Below, piece by piece: positions 13,687 to 26,117 of a stretch of 64,000 nt of DNA (the first letter of the stretch is position 1; each line of letters begins with the position of its first letter). The DNA lies in NCBI RefSeq assembly GCF_044704955.1, contig NC_091994.1, positions 33,480,001-33,544,000 of the forward strand. The letters are read 5' to 3'. The DNA comes from Pristiophorus japonicus. Taxonomy: Eukaryota. Below the pieces are notes generated by a model. That model was given only the letters and a program-made list of their open reading frames with translations, was not told the DNA's origin and made no database searches. The position numbers and the translations under genes are program-made.

Positions 13687-14435
13687 CTACAAATTAAAAA
13701 AGAGAAAGAAGGTGGTGAATTTTTATTATTAATGACAATGAACTGGGGGTAGGCTCTGCACTTCTACAATGCCGTCAATGGAAGCAGTAGATTAGTTTAT
13801 ATCTGAGTGTATGTGCTTCACCATTCAGGTGACTGTATGTGTGGTGTGCTTGAGAGTTATTGGAGATACTGTGTGCTGACCAGAATAATTCCAGCAGCTT
13901 ATAGGCTTTACATGTTTTAAACTGTTTTAAAGCGGCTCCTCTCAGTTTGATCACAGTTGATAATCTTCCTAAGGACAATCTTATGTCACTTCTGTGAATC
14001 TAATATAATCTTGGCAAAATGCGCATTGACAGACCAATGTTTATGATGATATGAATTTACAGCTAATGTTAGCATGTGACCATGTGGCCAAGAGAACAAT
14101 TCAGAGTACAACGTATTCATAGGATTGACCTAAGTGTGCCTATTGTCAATTTCCATGGTAAAATGGTTACTCATGAATCCCATACTTTTCCTCATAAACA
14201 ATGCATATGCAAATAAACACATCCTTTTTTATCCTGACAGTTTTTTTATACTTTGGGATAGCACAGAATGATCCACTGTTGGCATGCATTTTGTTTTATT
14301 TAATATTCCTCCTCTCAACCAATACTACAAAAAAAACATAACCGGCTATTCACCTTGTTGATCAGTGGCTGCTGTGGTCACCTACATAAAAGTTGGTCCA
14401 AAATAACAAAGTAACTCACTGCGTGAAATGCTCTA

Positions 14436-14581
14436 NNNNNNNNNNNNNNNNNNNNNNNNNNNNNNNNNNNNNNNNNNNNNNNNNNNNNNNNNNNNNNNNN
14501 NNNNNNNNNNNNNNNNNNNNNNNNNNNNNNNNNNNNNNNNNNNNNNNNNNNNNNNNNNNNNNNNNNNNNNNNNNNNNNNNN
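14436..14581. other. Assembly gap (run of N)
   Basis: 146 consecutive N. Confidence 0.99.
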
Positions 14582-14723
14582 CATGAGCTCACAATGTCCC
14601 AGGGAGCTTTTCAGCCAGTTAGGTGCTTTCGGAGTGTGGTCACTGTTGTATTATAGGAAATGCTGGAGCAGGAGAGCAACGGCAGTGAAGAGGGACGTCA
14701 CCAAGATCCAGGTTGTGAGGGTG

Positions 14724-15330
14724 TTTGCATCAGTTTCTTTGCTTGTTGAGGTTAGAGCTACATTGTACTGGTGTGTGTGACCATCAGCAGCAGGTTGGGG
14801 CCATAAAAGGAGCGGCGAGCAGCGGCCATGGACAGCGTGGTGGCGTACCACTTCAAGGTACAGTCCGAGCTGGTGCAGGAGGGCGATGGCAGCGAAGAGT
14901 GACATCATCAAGGTCCAGGTCGGTGATTGGAGCGTGAGCAGGTACAGCAGGAGCAGCGAGGTCGGGGTGAAGGAGCGGCGAGAGATTGGAGAGGGACGTG
15001 ATCGGGGCCCAGGAGAGGCGTGAGTTTGGGGCCAGAAGAGGTGAGGGCCCAGGGGCAGTACGGGCCAGCCCACACTGCGATATGTATGCGCAATAGGCCC
15101 GTGCAGCAGAGCTGGTCTCCAGTCGTCTTGGACCAAGACCTAGCTCTATCAAGCCCGTGTGGTGGCTGGTGTGCAACAGCCATCACACATTTAAAAAATC
15201 CACGCACAGGCATCTTCCACCCTTCAAGATTTAGTTCGGGACCTGGAATTTTAGGTCCTTCATTGAAACACCTGTGAACTTTTTGACGTGGAAGCAAGTC
15301 ATCCTCGATTCGAGGGACTGCCTATGATGA
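14724..15330 (+). mobile_element. Non-autonomous RTE-derived retroposon, copy 1
   Basis: Collinear with 34185-34812; contains the RTE 5' segment (cf. 6050-6190) joined to the RTE 3' tail ggaagcaagtcatcctcgattcgagggactgcctatgatga. Confidence 0.78.
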
Positions 15331-15804
15331 CTTTTCCTCATATTGGAACTCAGTACCATACAGATACAGGCCTATTACTTTAGCACGTGGTTTTGGGATT
15401 AATAGGATGTGTACACCTATCCTGGATGTGAAACGTTTAAATGAAAATGTAAGTCAGCAAAAGGTCATGAAAAGTAGACTGCTTTCTTTGATAGTGCACT
15501 CCATGAGTAAAATTGGGAAAATAGGGAGGGGCAAAAACCCTTAAGAAGCTGTTCAACAGGCCCATTGGAAAGAGTAGGTTCAATGGGCTGAGTGGCCCTT
15601 TCTCTTCCATACCTTCTTTTGTTCTTAATCCATATGACCTTCCCTTACCGCACCTGCCTCCTTCATACATCTGCTTTATTTTCCCAGCAGAGCAATATCG
15701 GTGCAAAGGTTTGTAATAACATTGTTAAGGCTCGTCTAGAAAAGATTGTGCTCAACTCTAGTCATCTTTCCCAAACCTGGTCTAATTTTCCAGATTACTG
15801 GCAG

Positions 15805-16050
15805 CTTCTTCTTCTTACGCGGTCCCTGGAATCACGGATGACTTGCTTCCACGCCAAAAAGGGTTGAGTTTGATGAGTTCATATTCCAGGTCCCGAACTG
15901 CATCCTGAAGGGTGGAAGATGCTTGTGCATGAATACTTTTTAACGTGTGGTGGCTGTTGCACACCAGCCACCACACAGGCTTGACGGAGCTAGGTCTTAG
16001 TCCAGTGGCAAGATGACTGGAAACGAGCTCTGCTGCACAGACCTAGGGCA
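15805..16050 (-). mobile_element. Truncated relative of the RTE-derived retroposon
   Basis: Reverse complement of ggaccaagacctagc...gttcgggacctggaa...gtggaagcaagtcatcc, with a (GAA)n tail. Confidence 0.65.
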
Positions 16051-16369
16051 GCATCACTTTACCGAGGCATCATGGGCTGAGCCAATTTTAGTGTTTATGT
16101 CTTAGCAACTGGTGTCGGGGGTTGGAGATTCTGGGGGGGGGGGGGCGGGGGGGGGGAGCGTATTCTGTCCCTTGCCAAATATAAACCCTAAAGGTCATTG
16201 TCCCAGTGTCCCAACATGAGGTTTGGAATAAAATATGACCAATACTAATTATTTATAATTCACTTAATTGTTGGTTCCATCTGAATCATTAGATTTCTGT
16301 TCTGGTCTCAGGAACAGACAGCTATATCTTGATCCAGCGCAGCCTTCATCAATATTCCTGTATTCCGAA

Positions 16370-18890
16370 CTCCCACTCCAGGGACTTGAGCGCATCAATC
16401 TAGGCTGACACTCCAGTACAGTACTTAGGGAGTGCTGCACTGTTGGAGGTGCCGTCTTTCGGATGAGGCGTTAAATCAAGGCCTCGTCTGCCCTCATAAA
16501 AGATCCCATGGCACTATTTCGAAGAAGAGGGTGTCCTGGCCAATATTTTGATGAACAGTGCTGTACATTTAAGGAGATGTTTCATAACTCTCAAGAAAAA
16601 TATATTCCAGTGAGGAGGAAATGGTGTAAGAGAAAAGATTGCCATCCGTGGCTAACTAAAGAAATAAAGGACGATATCCAATTAAAAACAAGGGCATACA
16701 AGTGGCCAAAACTAGTAGGAAGACAGAGACTGGGAAGCTTTTAAAAGCCAGCAAAGAATGACTAAAAAAATGATTAAGAAAGGGAAGATAGACTATGAAA
16801 GTAAACTAGCACAAAATATAAAAACAGATAGCAAGAGTTTCTATATGTATATAAAAAGGAAAAGAGTAGCTAAAGTAAATGTTGGTCCTTTAGAGAACGA
16901 GACCGGGGAATTAGTAATGGGGAACATGGAGATGGCAGAAACTCTGAACAAATATTTTGTATCAGTCTTTATGGTAGAGGACACTAACAATATTCCAACA
17001 GTGGATAGTCAAGGGGCTATGGGGGGGTGAGGAATTTAACACAATCACAATCACTAAGGGGGTGGTACTCAGTAAGATAATGGGACTAAAGGCAGATAAA
17101 TCCCCTGGACCTGATGGCTTGCATCCTAGGGTCTTAAGAGAAGTAGCGACAGGGATTGTGGATGCATTGGTTGTAATTTACCAAAATTCCCTGGATTCTG
17201 GGGAGGTCCCAGCAGATTGGAAAACTGCAAATGTAACGCCCCTATTTAAAAAAGGAGGCAGACAAAAAGCAGGAAACTATAGACCAGTTAGCCTAACATC
17301 TATGGTTGGGAAAATGTTGGAGGCCATTATTAAAGAAGCAGTAGCAGGACATTTGGAAAAGCATCATTCAGTCCGGCAGAGTCAGCATGGATTTATGAAA
17401 GGGAAGTCATGTTTGACAAATTTGCTGGAGTTCTTTGAGGATGTAATGAACAGGGTGGATAAAGGGGAACCAGTGGATGTGGTGTATTTGGACTTCCAGA
17501 AGGCATTTGACAAGGTGCCACATAAAAGGTTACTGCACAAGATAAAAGTTCAAAGGGTTGGGGGAAATATATTAGCATGGATAGAGGATTGGCTAACTAA
17601 CAGAGAACAGAGAGTCGGGATAAATGGTTCATTCTCTGGTTGGCAACCAGTAACTAGTGGGGTGCCGCAGGGATCAGTGCTGGGACCTCAACTATTTACA
17701 ATCTATATTAACGACTTGGAAGAAGGGACTGAGTGTAACGTAGCCAAGTTTGCTGACGATACAAAGATGGGAGGAAAAGCAATGTGTGAGGAGGACACAA
17801 AAAATCTCCAAAAGGACATAGACAGGCGAAGTGAGTGGGCAAAAATTTGGCAGATGGAGTATATTGTTGGAAAGTGTGAGGTCATGTACTTTGACAGAAA
17901 AAATCAAAGAGCAAGTTATTATTTAAATGGAGAAAGATTGCAAAGTGCTGCAGTACAACGGGACCTGGGGGGACTTGTGCATGAAACACAAAAGGATAGT
18001 ATGCAGGTACAGCAAGTGATCAGGAAGGCCAATGGTATCTTGGCCTTTATTGCGAAGGGGATGGAGTATAAAAGCAGGGAAGGCTTGCTACAGCTATACA
18101 AGGTATTGGTGAGGCCACACCTGGAATACTGTGTGCAGTTTTGGTTTCCATAGTTACAAAAGGATATACTTGCTATGGAGGCAGTTTAGAGAGGTTCACT
18201 AGGTTGATTCTGAGGATGAAGGGGTTGACTTATGAGGAAAGGTTGAGTAGGTTGGGCCTTTACTCATTGGAATTCAGAAGAATGAGAGGTAATCTTATCG
18301 AAACGTATAAGATTATGAGGGTCTTAACAAGGTGGATGCAGAGAAGATGTTTCCACTGATGGGGGAGACTAGAACTAGAGGGCATGATCTTAGAATAAGG
18401 GGCGTCAATTTAAAACAGAGATGAGAAGAAATTTCTTCTCTCAGAGGATTGTAACTCTGTGGAATTCGCTGCCTCAGAGAGCTGTGGAAGCTGGGACATT
18501 GAATAAATTTGACAGAAATAGACAGTTTCTTTAAGTGATAAGGGGATAAGGGGTTATGGGGAGCGGGCGGGGAAGTGAAGCTGAGTCCATGATCAGATCA
18601 GCCATTATTTTATTGAATGGCGGAGCAGGCTCGAGGGGCCATATGACCGATTCCTGTTCCTATTTCTTATGTTTTTACGTTATAGTTATCCCTCGTTCAA
18701 CTTAACAAAAATTATTTATATGGTCATTATCACATTGCTGTTTGTGGGAGTTGCTGTGTGCAAATTGGCTGCCGCGTTTCCCACATTACAATGTCTACAC
18801 TCCAAAAGTACTTAATTGGCTGTAAAGCACTTTGCAACGTCCGGTGGTCATGAAAGGCACTATATAAATGCAAGTCTTTCTTCCTTTCTT
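16370..18890 (+). mobile_element. Deu-domain SINE split by a CR1 insertion (SINE parts ~16370-16548 and ~18685-18890)
   Basis: ggatgaggcgttaaa...aaagatcccatggcactatttcgaagaagag...cctggccaatattt, resuming as tatccctc...gctgtttgtgggag...gaaaggcactatataaatgcaagtcttt. Confidence 0.7.
16549..18680 (+). mobile_element. 5'-truncated CR1 LINE with a long RT ORF (17062-18153)
   Basis: KSPGPDGLHP, NYRPVSLTS, YLDFQKAFDKV, SGVPQGSVLGP, KFADDTK; CR1 3' UTR ending tatttcttatgtt. Confidence 0.92.
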
Positions 18891-19109
18891 ACTTTCTATA
18901 AATTCTCTTGGTGTGCTGGGCTTTAGAATCTTGCCTATTCAAATGATTTTGTGACTTATCAAGTTCCAGACCTCATTGTTATTACAAGTAATGGGTATTT
19001 TGTAATTGCAGCAGTCATCACCTTTGAGAATTGCTAATACACAATGCTGCTGAGCATTGGGTACCCAGTCCCTGCATTGTGAGGAACTGAGGCAGTCTGA
19101 TTGTGCTTC

Positions 19110-20960
19110 AGGTAATTGCAGCCTGCATACCAGTTGGATGTCAGATTCATTGGTGGGCTAAGGGAGGAAGGGATGCACAACAGGCCAGAGTCAGAGAAAC
19201 GGAGAGTTTGGGTGGGTGTTAAAGGTAGGCAGGAGGCTACAGAAATAGGGAGAGACAAAAACATAAAGCGAATTAAGCACAAGAATGAGTGTTTTAAATT
19301 TGAGGGATTGTGGGAAGGGAGCCAATGTCGGTCGGTGAGGACAGGGTGATGGGTCAGTAGGATTTAGTGTGGGATAGAATACAAACAGCAGGGTTTTTGA
19401 TGAGCTGAAGTTAACATAGAACAGGTGTATTTTATAGTCTCTTGAACACTCTTAGTTCAACTTACCTCTATTTATTTGGGAGATTTCAAATAGCCATGTG
19501 GAGCTTTAAAATGGCATTCCTTCACAGATCCTCTCTCTCAATACAGCTCCCTCCTAGCTAGAGGGCACTATACATTATCTTGTTACAAGAGGGTGAGGAT
19601 GGGATACCAACCTGGAGAACATTGGAGTAATCGAGTATGTGGGTAACAAAGGCATGGATGAGGTTTTTAACTGCAGATGGGATGAGACAGGGGCAAAGAT
19701 AGACAATGTTATGGAGGTGGAACTAGGTGGTCTTTGTGATGGAGAAGATATGGGGTCGGAAGCTCAGCTCAGGGTCGAATAGGATACTGAGGTGGCAAAC
19801 AGTCTGATTCAGCCTCAGACATTGACCAGACAACGGAATGCAATCATTGACAAGGGTACGGAGTTTATGACAGGGGACAAAAACAACGGCTTCGGTCTTT
19901 GCACTGTTTAACTGGAGGAAATTGAGTCTTAGTAAGACTGGAATCATATGAGGGCAATTCCACTGAGCTGGACAATGGAGGAAAATACAGTGGTCAACCA
20001 GGTCAAAGGCTGTAGAGAGTTTGAAAAGGACAAGGAGGAATAATTGTATCATGGTCACGTTCAGAGAGGATGTCATTTATGACTTCGGTTAGGGACGTTT
20101 CAGTGCTTTGGCAGGGGTGGAAACCTAGTTGGAGAAATTCAAACATGGAATTACAGGAAAGATGAGCATGGATTTGGAAGGTGGACGCACATTCAATTAC
20201 TTTGTAGAGGAAAGGGAGATTGAAGATGAGACAATAGTTTGTGAGGACAGTTTGAGATGTTTTTTTCAGGAGGACCGAATGATGACGGTTTAGAAAGAGA
20301 GAAGGACAGTATCTCAGGAATGGGAACCGTTTACAATGTCAGTTAGCATGGGGGCCAGGAAATGTATTTGGGTTTCATAGTTGTAGAGTCAAGGAAGCAG
20401 AAGCTGAGTCTCATTGACAAGACAAAAGATAGGAGAGAAACTAGAGAAAGACGTGAGTTCAATGCTAGGGCTGGGGAGAACTTGGGGAAATGTTTGGCTT
20501 GGTAGCGAAGGGGAAGCAGTGAAGCAGCAGAGGCAGCTGAAGGGATGGTCTCAATCTTAGTGACAAAGAAATCCATGAGCTCCTCACACTTGTTGGAAGT
20601 GGGGCTGATGGGGGGTGGGGGGGGGCAGGGGAAATGGGTTTAAGTAGATGGCTGTTCTTGGAGAAAAGAAGCCAAGGGTGATATTTGCTTCCCTGGAGTA
20701 CTGGATGGTTTTGGCAGAGGAGAATGAGGCTAACACCACTTGATTTGGTTCAGCCAGATCTGGTAAAGTTTGGCTAAACCAGCTGTATGCAAGACATGTC
20801 CAAGTCTGCACCCCTTTGATGAAGGCAATGGCCACGATGGGAGAGTAAAGGCTTTGCTACAGTCATGGACACTGGAGGTGGAGACGGAGGCGTGGTTGAG
20901 CAAACCGGCAGCTGCCTAAGTAATGAAGCGATGAAGGGCCATAATCTCATATGGTGGACA
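19110..20960 (-). mobile_element. Degenerate L2-like LINE fragments
   Basis: Minus-strand ORFs with LSTAFDLVDH, NFLQLNSAKTEA, LFDPELSFRPHI, MDFFVTKIETI. Confidence 0.7.
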
Positions 20961-21985
20961 GACTCAAGGGGCTGCTGGCTGTTCCTATATTCAAAGGCTA
21001 GGCAGTTGGGATTTTGAAAGTGCAAATGTAAAGGACATAGGAACTGAAGGGTTATAACTTGTGATGCTGCATTGGCCTGTCATTTAAAAGAATAAACATT
21101 TCATTTGTTATATGGAAAGAGGCTGTTGCCAGATGGAATAATAATAAAAAAAATTTTCCATCTCTCTTAAGTCACAAATGGACTGGAACCCAATTATTTG
21201 GTTGGTTTAACAAGTCTGCAGCATAATAACATCCCCTCGATTAACACCACCCCACCTTGGTAACACCAGTAAAAGGTTGTGTGACTCTAAGTGCTCGAAA
21301 TATAGAGAATATGTTGAATTCACCAATTTGGAAATTTTAAGATTTTAGTTAAAAAAAATAAAACAGTCATTGCCCCAAATGTGACAAAAGAAATGTGAAG
21401 ATAGTTGTCCTCCCACGGAGAATCTATGCAGTCATTGACTAGAAGCTACAATGAATATCGTTCAACCTGCAGTTAACTGATTATGAAAATGGTAATAATC
21501 TCACTGATAGTGATTGTCTTCTGTGATAATCTGTGGGCTTTATTCCCAATGCTGCTTTACTGGTGCCTTAAATGGACCATGTTTTCAAATTGTCAGTTTA
21601 ACAATGTCAAAGATGGTTGGTATCTGTCCGATATTTTCCTCTTAGTTTTAACTACTCCCGAAAGTATGGATGCATTTCTTGATGCATTAAGGTGTGTTCT
21701 ATTTCACAATGTTTAGTTTAAAATACAATTTCAATATTACATCATTGGGCAATATCAGAATCACAGTATGGCATCACCTTGGCTATTGTAAGGCCGACAG
21801 ACCGTTGTTTCTAATCTTGATATCAATGTGAGCTGTCCCCAAATCCCTGCATCTTTGTTTACTTCCTATTCTCCTGCAACAATAGTCAACCTGTTTAAAT
21901 AATCTCTCAACTGATATATTTACAATATCTCTTAATCAGTCAGACTGCTCAATATTCAGGGTAGGATTAGATAGGATAGACATAC

Positions 21986-22277
21986 CTTTCGTCAAGGAGT
22001 GTATTCCGAGCTTCACCTTTGAGAAGTTCCCAATCCCAATCTCTCCACGGAGCTGGTAAAATCCAATCCTTTTCCCAAATATCAGTTCGTTTTTCACTTT
22101 CTTGTTGTTCTTCATGTCATAAATAACTTTTTCAAAGGGTGTGAGTAATCTGTTTTCCTTCTCCCTCTCCTCGTCAGCATACATCTGGTGTTGCACCTGT
22201 TGCTTAACACCTTGTGTTGGGCTGGGGTAATCCTTCAAATCTTCGCTGCAAATAGAGAGCTTTGCTACAGTCATCAT
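21986..22277 (-). CDS. NIM1K: NIM1-type kinase, first coding exon
   Basis: ATG at 22277; LTPFEK...GKRIGFY.LRGEIG.GNFS.VKLGIHSLTK is characteristic of NIM1K; donor GTATGT at 21985; 292 nt; the three exons total 1311 nt = 436 aa + stop. Confidence 0.93.
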
Positions 22278-23019
22278 TCACAGTTTGTATCCGAGAGAAT
22301 GGACCTCCTTCACCATTTCTTTTAAAAAAAAATCTCAGTCAGAGCCCACAAGGAGAAGCTCCCGCTCAAAGAAGTGTCCTTTCATTGGAATAGCTTTTCC
22401 TAGTGGAGTCTCATCTCAATGGGATCTCAGCTTCTAATAGTTTCCTTTCTCACAGATGCTTTCTGGGCTTTGATACAAGTTTCGTTCTTTAGTCTCTGTG
22501 TTTCAGAAAGCCCAGATCCTCAGACCCTGCCACAGAAGACGGCCACCGTCAGTGAGGTTGGTGTATTGCGACTTCATCTTCGTAATCAGTTGACTGCAGG
22601 TTGAACGACATTCACTGTAGCTTCTACTCAATGACTGTATAAATTCTGGATGGTGGTGCACCTTCTTTAACTTTTGACAATGCCTGAAGATTCTCTGAGT
22701 TGAGACTGGAAGAAACAAATTAATTTAATTTCAGTAATGTGCAGTAAGCAGATCTGTGCAAAGAGCCTTGTGATAAGGAGCTGATGTGAATGGAGCCACA
22801 AAAATTTACTTCCATAGGTAAAATATTTTGTAATTTGTCTGTGTGTTACTGGGAAACTGAGGTTGGCATGTCTGTGTTCCACAGCTTGCACTTATATAGT
22901 ACTAAAGCACTTCACATAGGAGAAAACAGATCTGAGCAGTGGTGGGAGAAGCTGTATCAAGGTCACAAATTACATTCTATGTGACTGTTATATTGGACAC
23001 TATCACTCTTCACCCTTCT

Positions 23020-23291
23020 CGATCTGTCTGCAGGCTTTGACATGGTTAACCACACCATCCTCCTCCAATGTCTCTCCTCTATTGTCCAGCTAGATGGGAC
23101 TGCCCTCAACTAGTTCCATTATTTTCTATCCAATCATAGCCAGAGAATCTGCTGCAATGACTTCTCTCTTCCAGCTCCCGCACCGTTACCTCTGGAGTCC
23201 CCCAAGATGAAAACACGTCAGATTCCATATGTGCGCTGACAAGACCAGGCTCTACCTCACCACCACCTCTCTTGACCCCTCCACTGTCCAT
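23020..23291 (+). mobile_element. L2-like RT fragment, immediately followed by a Gypsy LTR
   Basis: ctcgatctgtctgcaggctttgacatggttaaccacaccatcctcctcc (LDLSA-FD-V-HTILL) and ggagtcccccaag (GVPQ). Confidence 0.65.
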
Positions 23292-23342
23292 TGTAATATA
23301 GCTCCACCTAGTGGCCTACTGTGATGTATAATAATAAACAAA

Positions 23343-23781
23343 GAAACATAGAAAATAGGTGCAGGAGTAGGCCATTCGGCCCTTCAAGCCTGCACCGCCA
23401 TTCAATGAGTTCATGGCTGAACATGCAACCTCAGTACCCCATTCCTGCTTTCTCGCCATACCCCTTGATCCCCCTAGTAGTAAGGACTATATCTAACTCC
23501 TTTTTGAATATATTTAGTGAATTGGCCTCAACAACTTTCTGTGGTAGAGAATTCCACAGGCTCACCACTCTCTGGGTGAAGAAGTTTCTCCTCATCTCAG
23601 TCCTAAATGGCTTACCCCTTATCCTTAGACTGTGACCCCTGGTTCTGGACTTCCCCAACATTGGGAACATTCTTCCTGTATCTAACCTGTCTAAACCCGT
23701 CAGAATTTTAAATGTTTCTATGAGATCCCCTCTCATTCTTCTGAACTCCAGTGAATACAAGTTCAGCTGATCCAGTCTTTC
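23343..23781 (-). mobile_element. CR1 3' fragment inside the Gypsy LTR
   Basis: ORF 23431-23760 YSLEFRRMRGDLIE...; nearly identical to 32615-33050 in reverse orientation. Confidence 0.9.
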
Positions 23782-25255
23782 AGGATCCTAGTGGATCCTG
23801 ACAAGGGTGACAAGTTTTCGGTGAAGCCATCTTGTAGTCTGTGTGTTTGTGATGTCATAAAGAATATATCACATTGGCGATGTAGGATGGGATAATCGGA
23901 TTCCCTAGCTGAAATTTTTGTTGGTGGATGATTCAGCCAACCAACAGAGAGACTTTGAGAGGGTCTTTGTTTTGCAGAACAGCTAAAAATCCAAGGTAAA
24001 TTACAAGCACAATTGGCTGAACTGAAGAGTCCGGATGGCCACGTCTAATGAATAATAGGTCATTTGGGTGAGTTTCATTGCAACCGAAAGACTTTTGGAG
24101 CATATGTGGAGTGGCTAGGAATGTATTTCACCACAAATAGTATTGTCGAAGTCCCTGATGAGGAAAACCATAACCGAGATTTGCATCAAAGGATGATGTC
24201 ATCAAGCAATATCCAAAGATGTTCCGTGAAACAGGCAGTCCGATCCAAGACTTCAAGGCGAGTGTCAGAATACAGAAGGACGCAAGACCAGTTTACTGCA
24301 AACCATGTTCCATACCATACGCACTCAAAGAGAAAGTTGAGCAAGAGCTCAAAACACTAGAGACTGAGGACATGGGGCCTGAAATTCATCATATTACCGC
24401 CCATTTACCGCCCAGAAATACAAGTTGTGCATCAATGGACTGGGTGGTTCGCTCCACTGTGGCAATCAGCTTCGACGTTTTTCATCATTTCGGGCTGAAA
24501 GTGCCGCAATGTTTCCAGCTCTCGCAGCCATGGCCTGGAGGAGCTCTCGACCTATGTCATGCTCATCCTAGACAGCCTGACCATGTCTTGGTGTGCGCCT
24601 GCCTGTCTAGCAGCATTCCCTCTTTGCTGCAGCAACCTCCGTGGATGCGGCCTAGCAGCTTGAGGGGGTGCATTGCTGGACATCATTTGATCCCGATAGT
24701 TCGGGAGAGTTGGGGAACCCCAGAAATACCGATGCTGACGAGGAAGCGCCTGCAGGTGCAGACCCAGAGGTTACTTGAATGGCCTGTTGCTCCTCCTCCT
24801 CCCTCCCTCTCCACCTCAACTAGCTCAACCAGCTCCCCTTCACGGCTCTCTTCTTCCTCTTCGTGTTGCTCATTCACCCAGATCTCCATGAAGGAGGCAG
24901 AGGTCGAGGCAGAGGCTGTGGCGTGGGTCAAGGCGGAAGCTCAATGGATGCCAGAGGTCGGGGTCAAGGCGGAGGCTTGATGGATGCCAGAGGTCGAGAC
25001 GGTGGGGTTTTGGATGCCGGAGGTAGAGGCGGTGGCTACCTTGGTGTTACTCGAATCAGCATCTGCAAGTTCAAAACAACATTTCATTGGTTAGCAGCAG
25101 GGTGGTCAGGGTGACATGAGTACCGTCACATAGCACAGTCTTATTTCAAGGACCGCCAGCACTGCTGCATTGCTACATTATGTATGGCTGACAGACAATA
25201 CATTAAAATGCATGACATTACATTACATTACATGACCCCAACATCACAGTACATA

Positions 25256-26117
25256 GGGCTCAATTTTCCACAAATTTTTTTTTGGCGTACTTGAAGAGTT
25301 ACGCCCGATTTTTTGGGGCCCCAAGTATGCCAAAAAAAAATATTCTAAGTTTCCGCGTTGGATTTCTTCATTTTGGCATGGCCTAACCTGTCCTTTAGTT
25401 TTGGGGATGGAGCCTTGATCTGCGCCAAAAAGATCTGGCTGCCATGGTAGCCAAGGAAACAATATGAACAGAGGCTGCAAAGTGAAGCATACAGCCAGCT
25501 CCCAACACATTAAAAGAATTGAAAAACACATAGTAGCAACTTACCTCCAACCCCGCCCGAAGGGCTTGTCGGTCCGGTCCAATTCTCGGTCCCCAGTCTC
25601 CCGGTCCGGTCCAATTCTCGGTCCCCGGTCCCATTCTGCAATTCCCGTCTCTCTCTCTCTGTGTATGTGTGTGAACCAGGGACCGAGATTGGGACCGGAC
25701 CAGGAGAATGGGGACCTAGAATGGGACTGGACAGCCTTCGGGCAGGGTTGGAGGTAAGTTACTGCTATGTGTTTTTCAATTCTTTTAGTGTGTCCGGGCA
25801 CCTTCTGCGCCGATTTCCTTACTTGCGCCAATTTCTTTAACTCGCCACAAGGTTTTTCTGGAGAGCCCACATACACTGGCCTAAGCAGAACTGGAGTAAC
25901 TCTCAGCTGGCCAAACTTCCATAAATGACCAGAATTGGCGCGGGTGGCTGGTTATGCCCCCTTTGGCTGAAGAAAAAACTGACCCCTAAAAAAATCGTAA
26001 CTAACTGAGTTACACTGGTGCAAATTGATTGGGGAAACTCTGGTTTTTCAACTTAAGCCAAAAGGAGCAGCCTGCTCCAAAAAAAAACGACGCAAATCAC
26101 TGGGAAAAATTGAGCCC
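25256..26117. mobile_element. Non-autonomous TIR element (MITE) nested in the Harbinger
   Basis: TIRs gggctcaattttcc / ggaaaaattgagccc; internal inverted arms ~25506-25566 and ~25733-25792. Confidence 0.8.

Noticed and set aside
14582-14723. Partial duplicate of the retroposon head next to the gap
   Set aside because: Adjacent to an assembly gap, so it may be a local misassembly
24219-24980. 253-aa ORF as a novel gene
   Set aside because: Chance fusion of the Gypsy pol start with the antisense strand of the inserted Harbinger element
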